A stretch of DNA of 64,000 bases, from assembly GCA_009908855.1 (NCBI GenBank), contig JAAAOM010000011.1:52974-116973 (forward strand), written 5' to 3'. The DNA is from Bacteroidota bacterium. Its GTDB lineage: Bacteria > Bacteroidota > Bacteroidia > Bacteroidales > JAAAOM01. Positions 9,624 to 19,764 of the stretch are shown in pieces; positions within the stretch are counted from its first letter, which is position 1; every line of letters begins with the position of its first letter. The notes beneath the pieces are model-generated. The model was not told where the DNA came from, ran no database searches, and saw nothing but the letters and a program-made list of their open reading frames with translations. The translations under genes were made by a program, and so were the position numbers.

Positions 9624-10391
9624 TTATACACCTTTACACCAATACAGAGAGCAAAACTGATTTTCGAGCACCTCATTGGCAACTTCAGCGGCTTTATCTT
9701 TCCAAATGCTGTTTTGTCCGGAAAGCGAAATAATATCAATGTTTTTACGACTGGAAAAGGATTTCACACCATCCAGCAGTCTGTCATTGTGCACAACATT
9801 CAGGGTAGAAGATGTCAGATTATTCCGATTGGCAATTTCTTCGAGTGCTTTTAAAACTTCAATGCGATTGGGTTCATTATTTCCCATCACGTACAATAAA
9901 TGAATTTTAGCATTCAAAAAGTTTGACAGTTCTTTTACGCGTTGTATTTCTTTAGTAGATACGTTATTTATGTCGGATAGAATAAATCCAATGTCCTGTA
10001 AAATAATATTTCCATTTAGGTTGGCACTTATTAAGACCGGAATATTTACTTTGGATAACAAATTTTCATAGGTAGCTACATCCAACATGGAGTTGTTGGT
10101 TGGTTCACGGGATATTCCCATAATAATGAGATGAATATCCTCATCGTTTACAATCTTTTCAATATCATCCGGAAAATGGTGCCGGGTATTTAAGAAGGTG
10201 AGCTGAAATTGTGTGGTCAATGACAATTCACTATAAAACAAATCTTTATCCGCTTTATTGAGGATGTTATCCCGGGGTATTTCAAGGATCAGCAGATGAC
10301 CACCCATCTTCTTAATAACCGCATTGGCATAAGTTATTCCAATTTTGGATTGATCGGAAAAATCATTCAGAACCAGTACATTTCTCATCAC
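9624..10391 (-). CDS. Universal stress protein family protein (tandem USP-like)
   Basis: 255 aa. Two USP-like halves (VLVLNDFSDQS... and LHLLYVMGNN...). Confidence 0.7.
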   Translation of the reverse strand: MMRNVLVLNDFSDQSKIGITYANAVIKKMGGHLLILEIPRDNILNKADKDLFYSELSLTTQFQLTFLNTRHHFPDDIEKIVNDEDIHLIIMGISREPTNNSMLDVATYENLLSKVNIPVLISANLNGNIILQDIGFILSDINNVSTKEIQRVKELSNFLNAKIHLLYVMGNNEPNRIEVLKALEEIANRNNLTSSTLNVVHNDRLLDGVKSFSSRKNIDIISLSGQNSIWKDKAAEVANEVLENQFCSLYWCKGV

Positions 10392-10521
10392 TCTGCTAAT
10401 TTTCTTGCAACTTCATTCGGTTTTACGTGTTCATATAAATAGGGTTATACATTTAATTTTCGTAAAAATCATACCAGAATTGTATAAATTTTGCCTAAAA
10501 TCATAAAAATTTTATGAAATC

Positions 10522-12894
10522 ATGAATTCTCAATTTGTTAAAGAGAAAAAGTTCCTTGAAACATTTTTGAAACTTGACAATGAACAAAAGGATGTGGTTC
10601 AGATTGCACAAAAATGTTTTAACATAGTTGGGGTGTTGATAATTGCACTCGACCTGGATGGCAACATTATGATGGTAAATAAAAAAACCGTCGACTGGCT
10701 TGGTATCAAAGAAGAAGAATTAATAGGCAAAAACTGGATTGAGCAGTTTGTGCATGATTCGGATAAACGCAAGGTTAAAAACTATATCAACCAAATTATA
10801 CAGGAAAAAAACCTGGAAAATAATAATTTCCGGTTTCAGCTGGTGCAAACAGACAATGCTGTTGCATTAATGGAAAGCACGGCCATTCTTTTTAAGGATT
10901 CGGATAATAACATTTCAGGTGTCATTATTTCCTGCGAAGATGTATCGGATTATCTTGCTACACAGTCTCAACTGAAGGATAGTATTAATTTATACCGTGT
11001 ACTGGCCGGAAATATTCCCGATACCAATATGTATCTGTTCGACAGGGATACCCGGCACATTATTGCCGAGGGACGGGAAATGAAACGTCACGGATTGTCC
11101 AAAGAAGTGATAGAAGGGAAAAAACTGGATGAAATAATGGACAACGAAATGCGTGAATTTTTTAAACCTCTTTACCAGGCAGCCCTGGATGGTAAAGAAA
11201 TATCAACCGAGTACGAATATCATGGCTCCTATTATCTTATATGGGTATTGCCGGTGCGTAATCAGCAGGATGAAATTTATGCCGGAATGGCCATTACGCA
11301 AAATATCACTGAAGACAAGCTGTTCGAGGATAAAATAAGAAGTGCCAAGGATGAAGCGGAAGCCGCCAACAGGGCCAAAAGTGAATTTCTGGCCACCATC
11401 ACTCATGAAATTCGTACACCCCTGAACGCCATTATTGGTTTTACCGAACAGGTGCAAAAAACCGAATTGGATGAGAAGCAGGAGAATTTTATGAAAATCA
11501 TTGAAAAGTCATCAGAACACCTGTTGTCCCTGGTTAATGAAATATTGGTTTTATCGCGTATCGAAGCCGGTGAAGTCCGATTTGATGAAGTACCCTTTAA
11601 GATTGAACACGTTGTAACAGAAGTTTACGACACCCTGAAAATTAAAGCAGACCAAAAGAACATCCAGTTTCATTACCAGGTGCATGATAATGTAAAAGAT
11701 ATATTTATTGGTGATCCGTTCCGGTTAAAACAAATATTGATAAACATACTGAACAATGCCATTAAATTTACAGAAGCAGGTTATGTAAGTGTTAATTGTT
11801 TTGCGGCTGAGGACAAGGAGGACAAGTCGCAGGTGCGTTTTGATGTTACCGACACAGGTGTTGGGATATCACAGGAAAAAATCGATTCCATTTTTGATCA
11901 GTTTAAGCAGGCCGACTCCACGGTAACACGTAAGTATGGCGGTACAGGACTGGGCTTAACCATTAGCAAGAAACTTACTGAATTGCAAAATGGTAAAATA
12001 TCTGTACGCAGCCAAGTGGGTATGGGAACGCAATTTACCATATTATTGCCTTATAAAAAGGCTGAAGATGATGTTGAAGTGGTCGACGAATCCGGTAATA
12101 TTAACAGAGAATTGTTACATGGATTGTCTTTCTTACTGGTTGATGATGATACCGTAAACCGTTTGCTGGGTAAAACCATCCTGGATGAACTTGAGTGTGA
12201 TACCGATGTAGCCGGCGATGGAAAAGAGGCCATTGAAAAAATAAAGAATAAAAAATACGATGCCATACTGCTTGATATACACATGCCGCAAACCAGTGGA
12301 CTTGATGTGGCAGATTTTATCAGAAAGGAACTGAAGGATAACAATACCAAAATAATTGCCGTAACCGCTGCTGTATTAAAGGCCGATATTGAGAATTACC
12401 AGAAACACGGAATAGACGACTACCTTATTAAACCATTCAGAGAAATTAATTTATATCATAAAATCATTAAAAACCTGAATTTGGGTGATCCAAAAATTAT
12501 ATTAACCGAAGCGGAAAATATTTTGCATGATGAGAAAAACCATAAAAGCTACGACCTGTCTGAATTAAAACAGGTGGCAAAATCTGATAATCAGTTCTAC
12601 ATTAACATGCTCAATACATTTATAAATAACACAAAGGAAGGGTTACAGAAACTGGATGATCATCTGGCCACCAAAAAATGGGAAGATTTGGGAGAGGCAG
12701 CACATAAAATGTTACCTTCTTTTCGCCATATAAAGGTCAACTATGTAATTGATAAATTATTCACCATCAAAATAAAAACCCTGGAGGAGAAAAACTATGA
12801 AGGATTGACCGAACTGGTAGAAGAAGTGAAGAAAGAATCAAATGAATTAATTACAGACCTGGAGCAGGAAATAGAAAAAGCCAGACAAGCATGA
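10522..12894 (+). CDS. Hybrid sensor histidine kinase / response regulator with HPt domain
   Basis: 790 aa. PAS-like repeats, H-box FLATITHEIRTPLNAI, HATPase (GGTGLGLTIS), receiver (LLVDDD...LLDIHMPQTSG) and a C-terminal HPt (AAHKMLPSFRHI). Confidence 0.9.
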   Translation: MNSQFVKEKKFLETFLKLDNEQKDVVQIAQKCFNIVGVLIIALDLDGNIMMVNKKTVDWLGIKEEELIGKNWIEQFVHDSDKRKVKNYINQIIQEKNLENNNFRFQLVQTDNAVALMESTAILFKDSDNNISGVIISCEDVSDYLATQSQLKDSINLYRVLAGNIPDTNMYLFDRDTRHIIAEGREMKRHGLSKEVIEGKKLDEIMDNEMREFFKPLYQAALDGKEISTEYEYHGSYYLIWVLPVRNQQDEIYAGMAITQNITEDKLFEDKIRSAKDEAEAANRAKSEFLATITHEIRTPLNAIIGFTEQVQKTELDEKQENFMKIIEKSSEHLLSLVNEILVLSRIEAGEVRFDEVPFKIEHVVTEVYDTLKIKADQKNIQFHYQVHDNVKDIFIGDPFRLKQILINILNNAIKFTEAGYVSVNCFAAEDKEDKSQVRFDVTDTGVGISQEKIDSIFDQFKQADSTVTRKYGGTGLGLTISKKLTELQNGKISVRSQVGMGTQFTILLPYKKAEDDVEVVDESGNINRELLHGLSFLLVDDDTVNRLLGKTILDELECDTDVAGDGKEAIEKIKNKKYDAILLDIHMPQTSGLDVADFIRKELKDNNTKIIAVTAAVLKADIENYQKHGIDDYLIKPFREINLYHKIIKNLNLGDPKIILTEAENILHDEKNHKSYDLSELKQVAKSDNQFYINMLNTFINNTKEGLQKLDDHLATKKWEDLGEAAHKMLPSFRHIKVNYVIDKLFTIKIKTLEEKNYEGLTELVEEVKKESNELITDLEQEIEKARQA

Positions 12895-13287
12895 CATTTG
12901 GTTTAGTTGATAACGAAAAACGTGTAATTATTCCACACCTTGTGAATCAAAGCCCCAAATCGCCTGTTTAATAACTGTTTTGATCACGCGTTGAAGTTTT
13001 TATAGAATACATCGTTTTCTTGCAGCCACTATCTATGCTACATCCATGTATTTTTAAATAATGATGAATAAGTTGATAAATAGCTGTCTTTTAATATTTT
13101 AATATCATACATGTAATTACTCCATACCCTAATTAACGGTAAAATTAATGGTGTGTGGCATAATATTGTCATTATAAATTAATAAAAAAGAAACTCACAA
13201 AATACAATATATTTTTCTGGATGCTTTTATTTACGTTGTTTGTAATCATTGCCATCCAGTTTGTTATTCCTTAAAAGTAAACAAGCT

Positions 13288-15534
13288 ATGGAAAGATTGA
13301 TAATTGTCTCTAACCGATTGCCTGTTAAGATAAAATTTGAAAATGACGATATAAAAGTAATACCCAGTGAAGGGGGACTGGCTACTGGTATTAAATCGGT
13401 TTATAAAAATTACGATGGTAAGTGGATCGGTTGGGCTGGTATTGATCCTGAGACCTTAAGTAAAAAGGACAAAAATAAAATAAATGATTACCTGGCTGAG
13501 GAACGTTGCAAACCGGTATATTTAAGTAACGAAGACATAGATAATTACTATTATGGCTTCAGCAATCGCACAATCTGGCCTTTATTTCATTATTTTAATC
13601 AATATACACATTATAACGAAACATATTGGGAATCCTATAAATATGTAAATAACCTGTTTGCCGAAGAGGTTATAAAAGAACTGCAACCGGGAGACAAAGT
13701 TTGGATTCAGGACTATCACCTGCTGTTATTACCCAATCTTATAAAGCAGGCCCGTCCGGATGTTGATGTCGGTTTTTTTCTGCATATCCCGTTTCCGTCG
13801 TACGAGCTGTTCAGGGTATTGCCCTGGCGTGAAGAAATACTAAGAGGCATGTTGGGTGCTGATTTACTTGGTTTTCACGATTACGATTACGAGCGTCATT
13901 ACCTGAGTTGTGTAAGGCGATTATTGGGATATGACACTTTGTTTAACGAAATTCATCTCGAGAACCGCATTGCCATTACCGATGCCTTTCCCATGGGTAT
14001 TGATTATGATAAGTTCCATAATATGGCCGTGGAAAGCCGTCAGAAATCCGTTAAGGATAAATCTTCTATCCGACAGGAAATAGAGAAAAACTACCTGTTA
14101 ACGCCTGATCTAAAGCTGATTTTATCTATCGACCGGCTCGATTATTCCAAAGGTATTGCCCACCGGCTTTATGCATTTGAACGATTCCTTGAAAATTACC
14201 CTGACTACCGCGAAAAAGTTTCCTTACTAATGCTGGCTGTACCATCACGTATCAATGTGGAGCAATATCAAATAATGAAAAGTGAGGTGGATGAGTTGGT
14301 AGGGCGAATTAATGGTAAATATTCATCCATTAACTGGACACCTATATGGTACTTTTATCGGTCATTGCCCTTCCATGAACTTATTGAACTTTATAATTCA
14401 TGCGATATCGGATTGATTACACCTGTGCGCGATGGTATGAATCTGGTGGCCAAAGAATATGTGGCCGCCAGGTCCGATGGTTCAGGTGTATTAATACTTA
14501 GTGAAATGGCCGGAGCAGCCAAAGAATTGAGTGAATCGATACTTATAAACCCAAATAATATGAATGAGATAGCTTCTGCTATTGAGCATGCGTTAAATAT
14601 GCCGCGTGAAGAACAACAGGAACGCAATAAATTTATGCAGGAGCGCATCAAACGATATGATATAAAAAAATGGGCATCCGACTTTATGAAGGGTATGGCC
14701 AATGTAAAATCGCTGCAGGAAAAATACCTGGGTAAAAAACTTACCAACCACGACCGAAATACAATTTACAACAAATACCTGAATGCTGATAAACGAATTC
14801 TGTTTTTGGATTATGACGGTACATTGGTGAATTATGAGCGTAAACCACAACATGCCAAGCCCGATAATGATTTATATTCATTGTTAGATAAATTATCACA
14901 ACAGGAAGGCAATGAAATTGTGATTATTTCAAGTCGCGATAAGGATATTTTTGAAAGATGGTTTGGGCATACGCAATATAATCTCATTGCCGAACATGGT
15001 ATGTGGATCAAAGAAAATGGAAATGATTGGGCAAAGCTGGAAGAAGATGATGTAAATACGGAATGGAAAAAATTTATTAAACCAGCCATTCAATTTTATG
15101 TAGACCGCACACCCGGGTCATTTCTTGAAGAGAAAACCTTTTCAATGGCTTGGCATTACCGGAAAACCGACCCCGATTTAGGTCAGCAACGCGCCATTGA
15201 CCTTAAAGAAGAGCTTGCTTCACAGTCTGCTAATCTTGGACTTGAAATAGTAGAGGGTAATAAGGTGATTGAGATTAAAAACAGCGATATTAATAAAGGT
15301 AAAGCAGCCAATCATAAAATTAAAAAGGGTAATTACGATTTTGTAATGGCCATTGGTGATGACTGGACCGATGAGGATTTATTCGGGGAATTAGGTCAGG
15401 ATGCCATTACCATGAAAGTAGGCCTGAAAAATACACGTGCACGTTATTCGCTCGAGTCTTTTCAGGAGGTGCGCAATTTGTTAAAAGAACTAATAGCTAC
15501 CTATGAAAATAAGTACGATACGGTAAATCATTAA
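13288..15534 (+). CDS. otsA: Bifunctional trehalose-6-phosphate synthase / phosphatase (GT20 + HAD)
   Basis: Starts MERLIIVSNRLPV at ATG 13288 (the ORF-track TTG at 13249 is less likely). GT20 core, then a HAD phosphatase (LFLDYDGTL, GDDWTDEDLF). Confidence 0.9.
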   Translation: MERLIIVSNRLPVKIKFENDDIKVIPSEGGLATGIKSVYKNYDGKWIGWAGIDPETLSKKDKNKINDYLAEERCKPVYLSNEDIDNYYYGFSNRTIWPLFHYFNQYTHYNETYWESYKYVNNLFAEEVIKELQPGDKVWIQDYHLLLLPNLIKQARPDVDVGFFLHIPFPSYELFRVLPWREEILRGMLGADLLGFHDYDYERHYLSCVRRLLGYDTLFNEIHLENRIAITDAFPMGIDYDKFHNMAVESRQKSVKDKSSIRQEIEKNYLLTPDLKLILSIDRLDYSKGIAHRLYAFERFLENYPDYREKVSLLMLAVPSRINVEQYQIMKSEVDELVGRINGKYSSINWTPIWYFYRSLPFHELIELYNSCDIGLITPVRDGMNLVAKEYVAARSDGSGVLILSEMAGAAKELSESILINPNNMNEIASAIEHALNMPREEQQERNKFMQERIKRYDIKKWASDFMKGMANVKSLQEKYLGKKLTNHDRNTIYNKYLNADKRILFLDYDGTLVNYERKPQHAKPDNDLYSLLDKLSQQEGNEIVIISSRDKDIFERWFGHTQYNLIAEHGMWIKENGNDWAKLEEDDVNTEWKKFIKPAIQFYVDRTPGSFLEEKTFSMAWHYRKTDPDLGQQRAIDLKEELASQSANLGLEIVEGNKVIEIKNSDINKGKAANHKIKKGNYDFVMAIGDDWTDEDLFGELGQDAITMKVGLKNTRARYSLESFQEVRNLLKELIATYENKYDTVNH

Positions 15535-15557
15535 ACTGACAGCAAGGGAATACGGTT

Positions 15558-15794
15558 ATGAAGATAAAAAATATTAGAAATCAGGAAATAGAAATAAAGC
15601 ATCCGGTGGATGAACAAATTATCAATCACATGAATGAATACGAAAAATGCTTGTTTGGCGATTTGGTAAAAAATTTGGATATACCTTATAATGAATTGCT
15701 GAAACATGTGATTGAACTTAAGAATAAGGGCCTTATTGTAAAGGAAATGAATGGTTTTTTTACATTGCCCTCATACGCAGATACAGAGAAATAA
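15558..15794 (+). CDS. Small hypothetical protein, winged-helix-like
   Basis: 78-aa ORF. LFGDLVKNLDIPYNELLKHVIELKNKGLIV resembles a wHTH recognition segment. Visibly more AT-rich than the neighbouring genes. Confidence 0.5.
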   Translation: MKIKNIRNQEIEIKHPVDEQIINHMNEYEKCLFGDLVKNLDIPYNELLKHVIELKNKGLIVKEMNGFFTLPSYADTEK

Positions 15795-15815
15795 CATTCT
15801 AAAAATTAATTAATT

Positions 15816-16196
15816 ATGAAAAAAGAGAATAGTATAAATAAAAAGATGGTTGCCCGGGCCATGATTCAAAAAATTGAACAGGAAAGAGACCCGGTTGAAA
15901 TAAAAACAAATTTTGTTGTGGGCTATCAGTCACCTGAAAGAATTGCCATTAAAGGTAAAACAGACGGGTATGAACCCGATATTGAAGTTCAGTACAATAA
16001 GGAAATGCATTTATACGCCATTGAGCTTGATGATAGCATGAACACAAACAAGTGGCGTCTTATGTCCCTCTATGCTAAAAAAAATAATGGCAATTTACAC
16101 CTAATCGTGCCCGATTGGCTGAAACAGCCGGTACGCGATAATTTGGACAAAGAAGAAATTAATGCAGGCTTAATATTTTTTAACACAGCTGAATAA
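15816..16196 (+). CDS. Hypothetical protein, possibly a restriction-endonuclease-like (PD-D/ExK-type) fold
   Basis: 126-aa ORF 21 nt after the previous one. EPDIEV ... YAIELD spacing and an alpha-beta3-alpha-beta pattern guessed by eye. No canonical ExK lysine. Confidence 0.45.
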   Translation: MKKENSINKKMVARAMIQKIEQERDPVEIKTNFVVGYQSPERIAIKGKTDGYEPDIEVQYNKEMHLYAIELDDSMNTNKWRLMSLYAKKNNGNLHLIVPDWLKQPVRDNLDKEEINAGLIFFNTAE

Positions 16197-16298
16197 ATAA
16201 TTTTTATTCTGAGGTGTTATATTAAATAGGTCAAAAGAAATATTTAAATCTATTCACCGATATTTGATATTCATTAATAGTGTATGTAACTTGGAGTC

Positions 16299-17645
16299 AT
16301 GAAGAAAATATTAATAGTTGACGACGATACCTATATTTGCGACCTGTTGGTCCACTTTTTAACACAAAAAAACTTTAAAACCGATGGCACTTATTCGGGT
16401 AATAATGCCATTAAAAAAATGAAATCGAATACCTACGATTTAATATTATGCGATTACCGATTACCGGATGCCGATGGACTGGAGGTTTTAAGAGCGGCCA
16501 AAGCCAAAGACGCCTCCCTGCCGGTTATAATTATGACCGCCTATGCTGACGTACAAATGGCAGTTAAACTTATAAAAGAAGGCGCTTACGATTATGTAAC
16601 CAAACCTATTCAGCAGGAAGAAACGCTAAAACTGATTGAAAAAGCAACAGAAAAAGAAAACAAAGAAGAAACATCGGTTGAATTTGAAAGCGATTTCATT
16701 ACCGGGCACAGCCAAAAAATACAAGCTGTTATGAATCATGTTAAGGCTGTAGGGCCTACTGAATTAACAGTATTGGTTGAAGGCGAAACCGGATCGGGGA
16801 AAGAATATATTGCTCGTGCAATTCATCACGCCAGTCACCGGGATAAAAAACCCTTTATCGCGGTCGATTGTGGCGCTCTCCCCAAAGAAATTGCAAACAG
16901 CGAATTATTTGGACATGTGAAAGGCTCTTTTACCGGTGCATTAAAAGATAAAAAGGGCTATTTTGAAATTGCCAAAGGCGGAACTTTATTCCTTGATGAG
17001 GTGGGAAATTTAAACTACGAGAATCAAATTAAATTATTAAGAGCCATACAGGAACGTGTAATTACCCGTGTTGGAGATGAGAAAAAAATTCCCATTGATG
17101 TGCGTATTATTGCGGCAACCAACGATGATTTATGGTTACGGGTGGACGAAAATAATTTCCGTGAAGACCTGTACCATCGCTTAAACGGATTCAAAATCCA
17201 AATTCCGGCACTGCGTGAACGTACTGACGATATATTTGAATTTGTTGACCAGTTTATTGAAAAAGCCAATAATGACTTCAATAAGAAGGTTCTAGGCCCT
17301 GATGATGAAGTAAAACAGATTTTTACACAATATTCCTGGCCCGGAAACATCAGAGAACTGCTAAATGTGGTTAAAAGAAGTGTATTGCTTGCTACATCCG
17401 AATATATTACCATTGATACACTTCCTGATGAAATATTGCAGTCCAACATTGAATCGAATTTCACCCCCCTCGATTCGGTTACACAACTCAGAGACGCTAC
17501 TTCAGTTGCTGAACGGGAAGTAATTGAAAATGCATTGCGCGAGACCAATTTTAATAAATCCAAAGCAGCACAATTGCTTAATATCGATCGCAAAACGCTC
17601 TATAATAAAATAAAGCAATTGGATATACAGGTGCAACCCGGATAA
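16299..17645 (+). CDS. Sigma-54-dependent response regulator (NtrC family)
   Basis: Receiver domain, AAA+ Walker A GETGSGKE, GSFTGA (GAFTGA variant), NSELFGH and a C-terminal Fis-type HTH (KSKAAQLLNIDRKTLYNKI). Confidence 0.92.
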   Translation: MKKILIVDDDTYICDLLVHFLTQKNFKTDGTYSGNNAIKKMKSNTYDLILCDYRLPDADGLEVLRAAKAKDASLPVIIMTAYADVQMAVKLIKEGAYDYVTKPIQQEETLKLIEKATEKENKEETSVEFESDFITGHSQKIQAVMNHVKAVGPTELTVLVEGETGSGKEYIARAIHHASHRDKKPFIAVDCGALPKEIANSELFGHVKGSFTGALKDKKGYFEIAKGGTLFLDEVGNLNYENQIKLLRAIQERVITRVGDEKKIPIDVRIIAATNDDLWLRVDENNFREDLYHRLNGFKIQIPALRERTDDIFEFVDQFIEKANNDFNKKVLGPDDEVKQIFTQYSWPGNIRELLNVVKRSVLLATSEYITIDTLPDEILQSNIESNFTPLDSVTQLRDATSVAEREVIENALRETNFNKSKAAQLLNIDRKTLYNKIKQLDIQVQPG

Positions 17646-17802
17646 TTTATAGGATACAAAAGTATCCGGCTTCTAAACCACCGGGGAGATATATGCTGAT
17701 TATGCGACATTCCTTTATAAAAAACTTCTAATTAACATTTTTTTTCTATTTCCGGTTCTGTTTGGCACAATCTTGTAAGTTATTATTCAAAATTTATTGC
17801 TT

Positions 17803-18297
17803 ATGACTGCAACAGAATTTAATTACATGTTAATCAATAAACAGGATGACCTGAAGAAATTTGCCATGTCGCTTACCTCAAATGTAGTGGAAGCAGAGGA
17901 CCTGGTGCAGGAAACCTGTTTGAAAGCGTTAAGCAAAAAGGACTATTTTTTACGGCAACCCAAAAACCTGGTTGGATGGTTGTTTACTATTATGAAAAAC
18001 ATTTTTATTAATCAATACCGACGTGCTGTGAACCATAAAAAGGTTAATTATGATAAGAACAGCAGTATGTCTGCCAATTTTACCAAAACAACGCAGTTAA
18101 ACCCTGAGTCGGACTATACCATGAAAGAGATTCAGGAAAAACTAAATAACCTGGATGAAAAACATAAAACACCATTAAAGATGTTCTTATCGGGATATAA
18201 ATACCAGGAAATTGCCGAAAAGCTGAACTTAAACATGGGTACAGTGAAAAGCCGGATATTTTTCTCCCGTCAATTACTTAAGAATCAGTGGGCATAG
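17803..18297 (+). CDS. ECF-type RNA polymerase sigma-70 family factor
   Basis: Region 2 (DLVQETCLKAL...W...I..N..IN.YR) and region 4 (YQEIAEKLNLNMGTVKSRIFFSR). ATG 17803 preferred over TTG 17797. Confidence 0.85.
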   Translation: MTATEFNYMLINKQDDLKKFAMSLTSNVVEAEDLVQETCLKALSKKDYFLRQPKNLVGWLFTIMKNIFINQYRRAVNHKKVNYDKNSSMSANFTKTTQLNPESDYTMKEIQEKLNNLDEKHKTPLKMFLSGYKYQEIAEKLNLNMGTVKSRIFFSRQLLKNQWA

Positions 18298-19375
18298 AAT
18301 TTGGCCTGCTATCCTCCAGAATTAATCGCGTGCGGGGTAAGGACTGAGGATAGTTTTGCTGTAAGAATTCAATAAGTTTTTCCCTCACTTCAACCCGCAG
18401 GTTCCATGCGGTGGGTGAGTCAACGGCGCTCATCAGCATGCGAATCTCAACTGATCGTTCTTTCGCATCGGTTACCTGCATTACATTTACTTTTCCATCC
18501 CAAAATTTACTGGCATTTAGCAGTCGTGTTAATTCGTCGCGCAGGGCTTTAAAGGGTATGCTATAATCGGTATGGATAAACACAGTTCCCATAATATTGG
18601 CATCGCTTCGGGTCCAATTCTGAAAAGGTTTTTCAATAAAATAGGTTGTGGGAACCACCAGGCGCCGTAAATCCCATACTTTTATTACCACATAAGTGAG
18701 ATTTATTTCCTCAATCCACCCCCATTCATTTTCAACAATTACCGCATCACCCAATCGAATAGGCTGGGTGATGGCAATCTGAAAACCGGCTAAAATGCCA
18801 CCAATAACTTTTTGTGCAGCCAATCCTAAAATAATACCCGCTACACCGGCTGATGCGAATATACTAACCCCTATTTTACGAATGCTTTCAAAAGTCATTA
18901 ATGAAACCGAAAATGCAATAACAACAACCATCACAATCAGTATGCGTTCTATGATTTTGAATTGCGTATAAACTTTGCGGGCTTTTAGATTATCACGGGT
19001 ATGAATATCATATCGACCTAAAATAAAATGTTTGAACAAGCGGATTGCATGAATCAGTATCCAGGAGATATTAATAATATATAATATGGTTAGCACGTGT
19101 TTAAGAGAATAATAAACTTCCTCTGACGGAGCAATAATAAACACATTGATGGTGCTTGCAATAAGCAGGGCCAGCATAAAGCCAGGCCACTTAAAACGCT
19201 TACGTATTTGATGAAGCAATGGATTTTCGACTCCCTTCGCCAATCGCCCGGTAAAAACAATAATGAACCAGTAGATAACTGCTACAAACAGGTATAACCC
19301 AACAACCAAAATCAATTTATCCCCAAATTCTTTTGGAATGGCATCGTTGTTAAACATTTTTTGTAAATGTTGCAT
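18278..19375 (-). CDS. Mechanosensitive ion channel family protein (MscS-like)
   Basis: 365 aa. Several TM helices followed by an MscS beta-domain signature (ITQPIRLGDAVIVENEWGWIEEINLTYVVIKVWDLRRLVVPTTYF). The 3' end overlaps the convergent sigma gene by 20 bp. Confidence 0.85.
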   Translation of the reverse strand: MQHLQKMFNNDAIPKEFGDKLILVVGLYLFVAVIYWFIIVFTGRLAKGVENPLLHQIRKRFKWPGFMLALLIASTINVFIIAPSEEVYYSLKHVLTILYIINISWILIHAIRLFKHFILGRYDIHTRDNLKARKVYTQFKIIERILIVMVVVIAFSVSLMTFESIRKIGVSIFASAGVAGIILGLAAQKVIGGILAGFQIAITQPIRLGDAVIVENEWGWIEEINLTYVVIKVWDLRRLVVPTTYFIEKPFQNWTRSDANIMGTVFIHTDYSIPFKALRDELTRLLNASKFWDGKVNVMQVTDAKERSVEIRMLMSAVDSPTAWNLRVEVREKLIEFLQQNYPQSLPRTRLILEDSRPNSMPTDS

Positions 19376-19436
19376 ATCTAAATATGTTAATAAAGAAATT
19401 GATTATCCGCAAGCATACATTAAATAATTACGGTAA

Positions 19437-19571
19437 AAAGCAATTTTCGAAAATGCCATCAAACGCTCCAGTCACATTGAGCGTAGTCGAAATGTCCTGG
19501 TAATGAGTTCTAATAACCCTTCGACTACGCTCAGGGTGACCACCTTACAAGGCATTTTCGAAAATTGCTTT
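19437..19571. repeat. 135-bp imperfect palindromic (REP/MITE-like) element
   Basis: Outer arms AAAGCAATTTTCGAAAATGCC (19437-19457) and its exact reverse complement (19551-19571). Inner arms GTCACATTGAGCGTAGTCGAA (19471-19491) versus TTCGACTACGCTCAGGGTGAC (19521-19541), with 2 mismatches. Confidence 0.8.
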
Positions 19572-19764
19572 ATTCAATTATGAGCGATTGCGAATATTCA
19601 TACAACGTAATAAACCAATTGGAGTAACATATTGTTGAATCACGCCAACATTGTTGAGAACGATCAACAGTTTATGCCCCGCTCCGCCACGTATTTTCAA
19701 ATGGCATAATTTTCTAATGGTATACTACAAACAAATATATTGTTTTACTAAAAATAAATTGATT

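Noticed and set aside
13156-13170. TGGCAT-AATA-TTGTC upstream of otsA as a sigma-54 promoter
   Set aside because: The spacer is one nt too short, and the -12 element is GT rather than the invariant GC.
17763-17777. TGGCAC-AATC-TTGTA upstream of the ECF sigma gene as a sigma-54 promoter
   Set aside because: It has the same defects: an N4 spacer and no GC at -12. TGGCAC at 27847-27852 likewise has no -12 GC.
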